A stretch of 64,000 nt of DNA from an uncultured Gemmatimonadales bacterium (GCA_963835535.1 CAWIFL010000003.1:162432-226431), one strand, 5' to 3'. Positions 1 through 6,943 are shown, counted from the stretch's first letter. Made by a program: numbers and translations. Notes: generated by a model from the letters alone, not told the origin.

Positions 1-234
1 CAGCTGGTCTCCTATCTCGTGGCCGCACTTTGCTTCCTGGACCTCTTCCGGCTTGGAAGCAAGCTGGGTGCGGAGCGCATTGGATCGGTCACGCAACGAC
101 AGTTCTGGACGATGTGGATGCCCGGCGGGTTCACAGCAAAAGGTCAGGCGCTCCGCCGTCGTATTAACACCCGTTTTCTACTCGGTGCGATCTTCTTGGT
201 CGCGGGTCTGGTGCTGGGTCGCCTTGCCGTCTAA
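1..234 (+). CDS. hypothetical cassette ORF, 5' end possibly outside window
   Basis: Frame is open from base 1 (track start GTG at 19). C-terminal hydrophobic helix. TAA stop at 232-234 lies inside the attC inverse core GTCTAAC. No family recognised. Confidence 0.3.
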   Translation, partial: QLVSYLVAALCFLDLFRLGSKLGAERIGSVTQRQFWTMWMPGGFTAKGQALRRRINTRFLLGAIFLVAGLVLGRLAV

Positions 235-355
235 CCCGCGCCTGCAGCGGCCGGGCGTCTTCGGCAGGTACGGGCTGGTGAGTGCAACTGCGGTAATGCA
301 GGTGTTGTGTGGCTGGCGGGTGAAGGCCCGCCGCTGAGGCGCAATTTCGTTAGGC
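229..355 (+). repeat. attC-like site 1 (127 bp, subfamily A)
   Basis: GTCTAAC (RYYYAAC) at 229-235 and GTTAGGC (GTTRRRY) at 349-355. Inner arms GCGCCTGCAGCGGCCGGGC / GCCCGCCGCTGAGGCGC are imperfectly complementary. Near-identical to sites at 2303 and 3795. Confidence 0.8.
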
Positions 356-384
356 ACACGGCCAATGCGTAGCGTCAGGATGCG

Positions 385-409
385 ATTCTGGCTATATTGT
401 GGCCAGAAT
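385..409 (+). promoter_or_regulatory. candidate operator/promoter of the RelE-Phd cassette
   Basis: Perfect 8-bp inverted repeat ATTCTGGC (385-392) / GCCAGAAT (402-409) brackets a TATATT -10-like box (393-398) and abuts the ATG at 408. Confidence 0.4.
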
Positions 410-725
410 GCGCTACGAGATTGTCGTGGCTCCGGACGCCAGCAGGGCCTTCAAGGCACTGCCAGCTCGGCGACGTGCGGACGTGTACGACGCGCTCCAA
501 ACGCACTTACGATATGAGCCGACCAAGGTATCCAAGAGCCGCATCAAGCGGCTTCGCGGGCTAAGTCGGCCGCAGTACCGGCTTCGGGTGGGCGACATTC
601 GGGTCTTCTACGACGTCGCGGCCCCCGAGGTCCAGGTCCTGGCGATCATTTCCAAGGCAGAAGCTCACGCGTGGTTGGAGCGGAAGGGGGTGGCCGATGA
701 AGGCGGTCGCGCTGGCGAAGGTTAA
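399..725 (+). CDS. RelE/ParE-family type II toxin
   Basis: About 100 aa. C-terminal motif YRLRVGDIRVFYDV...VQVLAIISKAEA is typical of RelE/ParE toxins. Alternative ATG at 408. Overlaps the downstream antitoxin gene. Confidence 0.75.
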   Translation: MARMRYEIVVAPDASRAFKALPARRRADVYDALQTHLRYEPTKVSKSRIKRLRGLSRPQYRLRVGDIRVFYDVAAPEVQVLAIISKAEAHAWLERKGVADEGGRAGEG

Positions 726-981
726 GGACGATCTGTCCCGCTACCTGCGGCAGGCGGAGCGGGAGGAGATCGTGATCACGCGCCACGGGCAGCCGGCGGC
801 GGTGCTCATCGGCTTCGAGAGCGAGGACGCGTGGTTCGAGTATCGGCTCGAGCACCATCCGGAATTTCTGAGGCGTGTCGCCGAGGCTCGGGCCGACCTG
901 GCCGCGGGTCGGGGTATTCCGCTGCGGCATCTCAAGCCGCGTGTCCGCCACAAGAAGGTGAACGGTCCAAGTGATAGGTAA
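697..981 (+). CDS. Phd/YefM-family antitoxin, 3' end altered by IS insertion
   Basis: N-terminus MKAVALAKVKDDLSRYLRQAEREEIVITRHGQPAAVLIGF matches the Phd/YefM fold signature. The last 3 codons and the stop come from the IS inverted repeat starting at 971. Confidence 0.7.
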   Translation: MKAVALAKVKDDLSRYLRQAEREEIVITRHGQPAAVLIGFESEDAWFEYRLEHHPEFLRRVAEARADLAAGRGIPLRHLKPRVRHKKVNGPSDR

Positions 982-2206
982 CACTTCGTACTCTGGTGAT
1001 GGGTAACACTGTTCGAGCAACTCTGTGATTGCCGCCCCGCCTCCGTGCGGGGCGATCGAGGTGATCCACGATGCGGCCGACCGCCTCGTGGAAGCGGCCC
1101 AGCCAGACCGGGCCGAAGTAGACATTCCAGAGGCCATCGTCGATCTCCTCGAAGCCCACCTCCAGTTCGGCGAGCAGGTGGCTGACATTGACCCAGTGGT
1201 GATTCCAGCGGATCCCGCCGTTGCGGCTGACGAGCCGGCGCTCGAAGTGGCCGGGGTAATCGAGCGGGGCCAGGGCCGCGCGGTAGGGCCGCGGTGAGGC
1301 GGCATAGCAGCTGGCCGGCGTCGCGTCACCCAGCGCCTCATGCGGGCGCTCGGTGTTGTAGCGCAGCCGGAAGCGGTCGAAGCACCGCTGCTGCGCCGCC
1401 AGGTGGGCCTGGGGAGGCCGGGCGGTGGCGGCCTTGAGCGTCTTGTGCATGCGCTCGTGCCGGCCGTTCTGCTCCGGATGGGCGGGCTCGATCAGCTCCG
1501 GCCGAATGCCGAGCCGCACCCACCAGACCGAGAGGGTTGAGAGCCGGCCGAGCGCGTTGGAGGCAAAGGGCTGGCCGTTGTCAGTGCGGAGCCGCTCCGG
1601 CAGGCCGTAGCGGCGAAAGAGCTGCGCGAAGACCGGCCAGCTGCCGGCCGTGGTCGGCGCGACCAGGCCCCGACAGCCCAGCAGGAAGCGGGTCGCTCCG
1701 TCCTGGACGGTGAGCGGGTAGCAGTAGAGCCCGTTGCCGGTGCGGAACTGGCCTTTGAAATCGGCGCTCCACACCGCATTCGGGGCATCCAGCGGCGTCT
1801 GGGGCCGCCCGGCGTGGAAGCGCCGCCGGCTCGGGCGCCGGGGACGGACCCGCCCATGCCGCTCGAGAATCCGATGGATCGTGGTCTTAGTGGGCACCTG
1901 CTCGGCGGGGACGCGGGCCTGCAGGAGCCGCCGCACCTTCCGCGCGCCCCAGGTGTAGCGCCGCTGGAGCTCGAGGATCAGCCGCACCACCGTCGGCGCA
2001 GTGGCCTGCGGGCTGGTGTGGGGGCGATGCGAGCTATTCGTCAGGCCCGCGGGCCCGGCCCGCTCGTAGGCCCGCAGCCACTTGTAGCCGGTCTTCCGGC
2101 TCACCTCGTAGCGCCGACACAGCTCGGCGATCGACCAGCCGGGCCGATGCACATCTTGGACAAAGCGCAGTCGCTCATCCATCGCTGACGTCTCCCTCCA
2201 CGGCAT
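932..2206 (-). CDS. IS481-family DDE transposase (HTH + rve integrase core)
   Basis: N-terminal HTH (WSIAELCRRYEVSRKTGYKWL). Catalytic-core motifs WSADFKG, LRTDNGQPF and HPEQNGRHERMH. The ORF runs through the IR and stops 37 nt outside the element. Likely true start is MDERLRF at 2182. Confidence 0.9.
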   Translation of the reverse strand: MPWRETSAMDERLRFVQDVHRPGWSIAELCRRYEVSRKTGYKWLRAYERAGPAGLTNSSHRPHTSPQATAPTVVRLILELQRRYTWGARKVRRLLQARVPAEQVPTKTTIHRILERHGRVRPRRPSRRRFHAGRPQTPLDAPNAVWSADFKGQFRTGNGLYCYPLTVQDGATRFLLGCRGLVAPTTAGSWPVFAQLFRRYGLPERLRTDNGQPFASNALGRLSTLSVWWVRLGIRPELIEPAHPEQNGRHERMHKTLKAATARPPQAHLAAQQRCFDRFRLRYNTERPHEALGDATPASCYAASPRPYRAALAPLDYPGHFERRLVSRNGGIRWNHHWVNVSHLLAELEVGFEEIDDGLWNVYFGPVWLGRFHEAVGRIVDHLDRPARRRGGNHRVARTVLPITRVRSVTYHLDRSPSCGGHAA

Positions 2207-2281
2207 TGGCGCCTCCCAGTCGAGGCACCTACGTTAGAGAGAGTGTTACCAATCAGCTGTGTACGAGGTGTTACCTATCAC
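971..2281 (-). mobile_element. IS481-family insertion sequence (about 1.3 kb)
   Basis: Terminal inverted repeats GTGATAGGTAACACTTCGTAC (971-991) and GTACGAGGTGTTACCTATCAC (2261-2281) match 20/21, with a second inner GGTAACACT match. Encloses a single DDE transposase gene. Confidence 0.85.
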
Positions 2282-2302
2282 CGGCGAATGTACCAGGCCG
2301 GT

Positions 2303-2428
2303 GCCTAACCCGCGCCTGCAGCGGCCGGGCGTCTTCGGCAGGTACTAGCTGGTGAGTGCAACTGCGGTAATGCAGGTGTTGTGTGGCTGGCGGGTGAAGG
2401 CCCGCCGCTGAGGCGCACTTCGTTAGGC
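2303..2428 (+). repeat. attC-like site 2 (126 bp, subfamily A)
   Basis: GCCTAAC at 2303-2309 and GTTAGGC at 2422-2428. Near-identical to site 1. Confidence 0.85.
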
Positions 2429-2461
2429 TGCCCCCACCTGTGCCCCGGTGCCTCAGGACAC

Positions 2462-2490
2462 TTGCATCTCTGTATATACACCCGTATATT
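2462..2490 (+). promoter_or_regulatory. sigma-70-like promoter of the BrnTA cassette (leaderless-type)
   Basis: TTGCAT (2462-2467), 17-bp spacer, TATATT (2485-2490). The GTATAT motif occurs twice. The ATG at 2496 is only 5 nt after the -10 box. Confidence 0.45.
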
Positions 2491-2495
2491 AGCGC

Positions 2496-2786
2496 ATGGA
2501 GTGTGGTTGGGATCCGGCCAAGAGTGAGGCCAACCTGCGCGAGCGAGGATTCGACTTCCCGTTCGCGACGCTGATCTTCGACGGCCCCACACTCGAGGTT
2601 GAGGATACCCGACGCGACTACGGCGAACGGCGTGTCGTGGCCATCGGGCTCGCCGATGGCCTGCACCTGACCGTGGTCTATACCGATCGCCGCACGCCGA
2701 AGGGGCGAGTCCAGCGACGGATCATCTCAGCGCGAAGGAGCAACCGACGTGAGCGTCGAGCGTTCGATGCGGCCCTCGGGATCTAG
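2496..2786 (+). CDS. brnT: BrnT-family ribonuclease toxin (DUF497)
   Basis: WDPAKSEANLRERGFDFPFATLIFDGP...DYGERRVVAIG...VVYTDR...RIISARRSNRRERR is the characteristic BrnT pattern. Overlaps the downstream antitoxin. Confidence 0.8.
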   Translation: MECGWDPAKSEANLRERGFDFPFATLIFDGPTLEVEDTRRDYGERRVVAIGLADGLHLTVVYTDRRTPKGRVQRRIISARRSNRRERRAFDAALGI

Positions 2787-3096
2787 GCGACAGCCGTCGC
2801 GCGGCCGGGCAGACCTGCGGCGGCTGCGGGATCTGACGGACGTGGCGATTGAGCGCACGTCCCCGCCCGAGCTGGCGGACCTGCCAGCTGACTTCTGGGC
2901 GGAGGCCGCCGTGGTGGTGCCCAGTCCCAAGCGAGCCATCTCGCTCCGGGTGGACGAGGATGTGCTAGAGTGGTTCAAGCGGGCGGGGCCCCGCTACCAG
3001 TCGCGAATGAATGCGGTGCTGCGCAGCTACATGGCCCGCATGCAGGATCTGCGGCGGCCGCGGCAGCGGCGCGGCACCCGTCGGGGGGCAGCCTAA
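2749..3096 (+). CDS. brnA: BrnA-family antitoxin (DUF4415-like)
   Basis: C-terminal ISLRVDEDVLEWFKRAGPRYQSRMNAVLRSYM matches the BrnA signature. TAA stop at 3094-3096 lies inside the attC inverse core GCCTAAC. Confidence 0.75.
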   Translation: MSVERSMRPSGSRRQPSRGRADLRRLRDLTDVAIERTSPPELADLPADFWAEAAVVVPSPKRAISLRVDEDVLEWFKRAGPRYQSRMNAVLRSYMARMQDLRRPRQRRGTRRGAA

Positions 3097-3218
3097 CCCG
3101 CGCCAGCAGTGGACGGGCGCGGCCACATAACGCCCGGCTGACGCTTGGGGTATAGACTAGAAACGGTTACCCAGGCGGCGCGCCAGTCGGCCCGCCGCTG
3201 AGGCGCATTTCGTTAGGC
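3091..3218 (+). repeat. attC-like site 3 (128 bp, subfamily B)
   Basis: GCCTAAC at 3091-3097 and GTTAGGC at 3212-3218. Shares its arms with subfamily A, but the centre (ACGCCCGGCTGACG...TAGACTAGAAACGGTTACCCAGGCGG) is shared only with site 6. Confidence 0.8.
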
Positions 3219-3271
3219 ACACCACGAATCATCGGTGTATCTTCAACGAGAGGCCGATCGGAGCCGACATC

Positions 3272-3496
3272 ATGCCGCCCCAGCAGACCGTCATCCGCGC
3301 AGACCCCCAGATTCTAGGCGGGACCCCGGTGTTTGTCGGAACTCGGGTGCCGGTCCAGACGCTCCTCGACTACTTGGGCGCTGGCCGGCCCCTGGCTCAG
3401 TTCGTCGCTGACTTCCCGACCGTGACCCGCCAGCAAGCCGTTGCCGCCCTCGAGGAAGCGAAGCAGCGCTTGGTGAGCGGTGCGCGTCCTGCTTGA
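3272..3496 (+). CDS. DUF433-family protein (putative antitoxin)
   Basis: IRADPQILGGTPVFVGTRVPVQTLLDYLGAGRPLAQFVADFPTVTRQQAVAALEEA is the canonical DUF433 pattern. Overlaps the next gene. Confidence 0.7.
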   Translation: MPPQQTVIRADPQILGGTPVFVGTRVPVQTLLDYLGAGRPLAQFVADFPTVTRQQAVAALEEAKQRLVSGARPA

Positions 3497-3800
3497 TGAG
3501 TGCCTGCCGAGGCCGCTGAAGGAGGCGCTAGCCGGCCACGATGTGCGGACCGTCCCCGAGATGGGGTGGGCAGGCAAGAGCAACGGAGATCTCCTGCGTT
3601 TGGCGGCACCCCAGTTTGACGTCTTCTTGACTGTCGATCGCGGCATCCAGTACCAGCAGAATCTCGAGGGCGCTCCCCTCGCCGTCATCACCATGGCGGC
3701 ACCCAGTAACGATATCGATGCCCTTCGCCCCCTGATCCCAGACGTACTGCGCGCGATGGCGAGCATCAAGCGGGGCCAGTTCGTCCGGGTGGGTGCCTAA
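3480..3800 (+). CDS. DUF5615-family PIN-like protein (putative toxin partner of DUF433)
   Basis: MRVLLDECLPRPL...VRTVPEMGWAGKSNGDLLRLAA..FDVFLTVDRGIQYQQN matches the Mut7-C/DUF5615 pattern. TAA stop at 3798-3800 lies inside the attC inverse core. Confidence 0.65.
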   Translation: MRVLLDECLPRPLKEALAGHDVRTVPEMGWAGKSNGDLLRLAAPQFDVFLTVDRGIQYQQNLEGAPLAVITMAAPSNDIDALRPLIPDVLRAMASIKRGQFVRVGA

Positions 3801-3920
3801 CCCGCGCCTGCAGCGGTCGGGCGTTTTCGGCAGGTACTGGCTGGTGAGTGCAACTGCGGTTGTGCAGGTGTTGTGTGGCTGGAGGGTGAAGGCCCGCCGC
3901 TGAGGCGCACTTCGTTAGGC
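3795..3920 (+). repeat. attC-like site 4 (126 bp, subfamily A)
   Basis: GCCTAAC at 3795-3801 and GTTAGGC at 3914-3920. Confidence 0.85.
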
Positions 3921-3929
3921 GGCCGAACA

Positions 3930-4418
3930 ATGAGACGCTCCCTGGTCGGTATTGCGCTCGCCGCGGCGCTGGCGCTCGCGTGCCGTGAACCGGTCGCGCC
4001 CGAGCCCCTCGGGCAGCGCCTCTCCGCCTGGCAGCCGGGCGACTCCGCGACGCTGATACATGACGGCTTCCCCTGCGGGCTGACATCGTCGTCGCGCATG
4101 GTAATCCAAGACTCTACCACATGGCGGTCGGTCTGGGACAGCGCCGTCTGCACCATACTCCCCCAGCCGCCGCTGCCGGTCGTCGATTTCACTTCCTACG
4201 ACGTGCTTGCGGCGGTGAGTGACGACTTTGACAGTTGGATTACCATCGACAGCGTAGTTCGCTTCGAGCTCGGAGCTCGGGTCTACGTCACCGAGTGCCC
4301 CGTGCTCGACTACACCCAGAGCTATAGTCTCACGTACCACATGGTCCGGACGCCACGCTTCGATGTGGAATCATGGCGCACCTACCGACTGAATCGCTGG
4401 TGCTGGACGGCTGCCTAA
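3930..4418 (+). CDS. putative lipoprotein, function unknown
   Basis: The internal ATG at 3930 gives MRRSLVGIALAAALALAC, a signal peptide with a lipobox Cys (the track start at 3873 lies inside attC). TAA stop at 4416-4418 is inside the attC inverse core. Confidence 0.6.
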   Translation: MRRSLVGIALAAALALACREPVAPEPLGQRLSAWQPGDSATLIHDGFPCGLTSSSRMVIQDSTTWRSVWDSAVCTILPQPPLPVVDFTSYDVLAAVSDDFDSWITIDSVVRFELGARVYVTECPVLDYTQSYSLTYHMVRTPRFDVESWRTYRLNRWCWTAA

Positions 4419-4507
4419 CCAGCGCCAGCAGCGGCCGGGCGCTTGCGGCTCGTGGAGTTGTGTGGCTGGCGGGTGAGGGCCCGCCGCTGAGGCGCACTTC
4501 GTTAGCC
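4413..4507 (+). repeat. attC-like site 5 (95 bp, short variant of subfamily A)
   Basis: GCCTAAC at 4413-4419 and GTTAGCC at 4501-4507 (one deviation from GTTRRRY). Arms are conserved and the central part is deleted. Confidence 0.7.
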
Positions 4508-4722
4508 GCACCCTCGCCCACGACGGCGCGGCACAGACGATGGGGCGCCGTGATCTGCTGCGCCACATCCAACGTCAGCTTCCCGTCGCACAGGCTGGAT
4601 GACCTCGGGCGCGTTGTCGCGCGCCGCCCGTTGCCTCCTACAGCTCGGCCTGCCCTGTAATGATCCGGTGACGCGCCGGTGACGACCAGTCCTTGTCTTT
4701 TCAAGCGTGGGCAAGATGAGTC

Positions 4723-4835
4723 GGCCAACTGCTGTGGAGGGGCCTCACGCCCGGCTGACGGCGGTGCTGTAGACTAGAAACGGTTACCCAGGCGGGTGGA
4801 GTGGTGGCCCGCCGCTGGGGCGCACTTCGTTAGGC
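4723..4835 (+). repeat. attC-like site 6 (about 113 bp, subfamily B, degenerate R'')
   Basis: GTTAGGC at 4829-4835. Centre and right arm match site 3. The left core is only GGCCAAC (4723-4729). Confidence 0.6.
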
Positions 4836-4871
4836 AGCCGCTGGAGCGCCGGACTTTGAACGGGGACTGAA

Positions 4872-5039
4872 ATGAGAAGCCACACGACCACCGCACTCTA
4901 CGTAGTCCTGATGGCAGCCGTGATCGTCGCGATCGATGTCCTGTTCTTCAAGAACCGGCTCTGGGAACGGCTGACGGTGAACGTTGGAATCGTCCTCGTC
5001 TTCGCGGCCTTCTATTTCAGATTCCTGAAGCGTCCATGA
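4872..5039 (+). CDS. small two-helix membrane protein (55 aa), absent from the ORF track (<60 aa)
   Basis: Hand translation: MRSHTTTALYVVLMAAVIVAIDVLFFKNRLWERLTVNVGIVLVFAAFYFRFLKRP*. Two hydrophobic helices. It is the only cassette-sense ORF in this cassette. Confidence 0.5.
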   Translation: MRSHTTTALYVVLMAAVIVAIDVLFFKNRLWERLTVNVGIVLVFAAFYFRFLKRP

Positions 5040-5047
5040 GCAAGACG

Positions 5048-5201
5048 GCCCTGAACTGACAACTGGAGTCACCGCTGGCCCGACGGTTTGCCGGCGTGCG
5101 GCCCACGGGAGGCTGAACTGGCTGGTGCGTGCGAGGGAGTTATGCAGGTGTCCGGTGGCTGGCGGGCATGAGGCCCGCCGGAGAGGCGCACTTCGTCAGG
5201 C
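5048..5201 (+). repeat. attC-like site 7, degenerate (array end)
   Basis: The right half (CTGGCTGGTG...GGCCCGCCGGAGAGGCGCACTTCGTCAGGC) is homologous to subfamily A, but the core is GTCAGGC and the left core is unclear. The left boundary is approximate. Confidence 0.45.
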
Positions 5202-5258
5202 GGTTGAAGTGAGGTAATTTCGCCAGGTGGGAGCTCCCTTCTGTACACGCGCGACGAG

Positions 5259-5777
5259 GTGGCAATGCATAAGGCCGTGATTGTCGCATTCGCTCTCATC
5301 TGTGCGCCCGTGGGGCTGTCCGGGCAGGCGTTGCATCCCGACTCGCTCTTCCCGCGCCTCATCGGGCACTGGGTGCTCCGGGGCACGATCGCCCGGCAGC
5401 AGACCGTCCACGACGTGACCTTCGAGTGGCTGCTGGGCCACGAGTACGTGCAGATGCACGAAATGTCCCGCGAGCGAGGGTCGAACGGCACGCCGGCCTA
5501 CGAGGCGGTTGTGCTGTTCGGCCGCGACCCGCAGACCGGGGCCTATGCCTGCATGTGGCTGGACAACACGGCCGCGGCAGCCTTCGATCCCCAGGGCGTC
5601 GGCCGCGGATCCGTGGCCGGCGATTCGGTGCCCTTCCTGTTCCACTACACGGCGACGGCCAGCTTTCACACCACGTTCGTGTATGATCGCGCTACGGACA
5701 CGTGGCAGTGGCATATGGACAACGACAGTTCCGGTGTGCGGCGGCCCTTCGCCCGTGTCACCCTGACGCGCCGCTAG
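5259..5777 (+). CDS. secreted DUF1579-like protein
   Basis: Signal peptide MAMHKAVIVAFALICAPVGLSGQA. The LIGHWVLRG...FEWLLGHEYVQMH pattern resembles DUF1579. Confidence 0.5.
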   Translation: MAMHKAVIVAFALICAPVGLSGQALHPDSLFPRLIGHWVLRGTIARQQTVHDVTFEWLLGHEYVQMHEMSRERGSNGTPAYEAVVLFGRDPQTGAYACMWLDNTAAAAFDPQGVGRGSVAGDSVPFLFHYTATASFHTTFVYDRATDTWQWHMDNDSSGVRRPFARVTLTRR

Positions 5778-6149
5778 CCGGCCAGGGAGCCGGGGCCGCA
5801 TGGAGGCGTAAATGCTCGTGGACTCGTGCATAAATGCGATCAAGCCGGAGAACTACGAAGGCATTCGGCTCTACTGGGCGCCCCGTGACATCATCGCCTT
5901 GTTTTGGGGTGGCCACCGACCCCGAGCACTCGGTGGAGACTGAGCCATGAACCGCTGGCATAAAATGGCTGCGACGATCGCATGACCCCTCGAACTCCGG
6001 CGGCAGCGGCATAGCGCTCGCCGCCTCAGCGCCGCGGAGATCGTGGCAGACCCCGAGCTGGCCGGCCGGCTTGCCATGGCCGTACAGGCACTCGCGTCCG
6101 CCGCCGAGGACGCACGGCAATGAGCCGTCATCATCTCAAGGAGAGGCCC

Positions 6150-6929
6150 ATGCGCATCGCAAGCTGGGGTCATGCGGTCTTTGCCGCGACGATGATCGCC
6201 CTTGGGATCCTGGGCCTGATCCAAGGCGCTTTCACACCGATATGGCTGCCCGTGTCCAAGGGTGTGCCCGCGCGAGAGGTACTGGTCTATCTCTCCGCCG
6301 TCGTCCCTCTGGTATCCGGCATCGGGCTGCTCTGGCGGCGCTCCGCCGCCGCCTCGTCCCGCGTGCTGCTCGGCTTTCTCCTCGCTTGGCTGCTGCTGCT
6401 GGATGCGGTCCACCTCGCCCTCGCTCCCGGGATGGAGCTGACGTGGGCAGCCTGCAAGACCGCGGCGATGGTGGCGGCCGCCTGGGCGCTGTACGTCCGG
6501 TTCGCCGGCGACCGCGACCGGAAGCGCCTCGGTTTCGCCTCCGGCGACGCGGGGCTCCGCATCGCCAGGGCGCTCTACGGCCTGGCCCTGATCCCGTTCG
6601 GCATAGCGCACTTCACCTATATCGAGAGAACCACTTCCCTGGTGCCTGGTTGGCTGCCATGGCACTTGGCCTGGGCGTACTTCTTCGGCTGTACCTTCAT
6701 CGCCGCGGGCCTGGCGGTGCTCATCGGCGTGTGTGCACGGCTGGCGGCCATACTGTCGGTGGTGCAGCTGGGCATGTTCACGCTGCTGGTGTGGGTACCC
6801 GTCGTGGCAGCAGGACCCAGCGCCTCGGATTGGGGCGAGTTCGTCGTCTCCTGGGCGTTGACGGCCGCCGCTTGGGTAATGGCGGATTCCTACCGCGGCA
6901 GGCCCTGGCTCGCCGTGGGCAAGGCCTGA
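6150..6929 (+). CDS. integral membrane protein (DoxX-like, uncertain)
   Basis: Multiple hydrophobic helices. AAGGAGAGG Shine-Dalgarno lies 5 nt before the ATG at 6150 (track start 6120). Confidence 0.55.
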   Translation: MRIASWGHAVFAATMIALGILGLIQGAFTPIWLPVSKGVPAREVLVYLSAVVPLVSGIGLLWRRSAAASSRVLLGFLLAWLLLLDAVHLALAPGMELTWAACKTAAMVAAAWALYVRFAGDRDRKRLGFASGDAGLRIARALYGLALIPFGIAHFTYIERTTSLVPGWLPWHLAWAYFFGCTFIAAGLAVLIGVCARLAAILSVVQLGMFTLLVWVPVVAAGPSASDWGEFVVSWALTAAAWVMADSYRGRPWLAVGKA

Positions 6930-6943
6930 GCGAGCCTCAGAGT

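Noticed and set aside
1-5201. attC-like repeats as a CRISPR array or as generic REP/MITE elements
   Set aside because: Not CRISPR: the repeats are 95-154 bp, internally palindromic, and separated by 200-2000 bp of coding DNA. A plain REP/MITE is less likely because all copies share one orientation, sit exactly at the 3' ends of co-oriented ORFs, and carry RYYYAAC/GTTRRRY cores. A genome-wide census is still needed.
1-6200. Integron integrase (intI) or attI within the window
   Set aside because: No tyrosine-recombinase-like ORF is present on either strand. Cassette orientation predicts intI upstream of base 1, so its absence here is uninformative.
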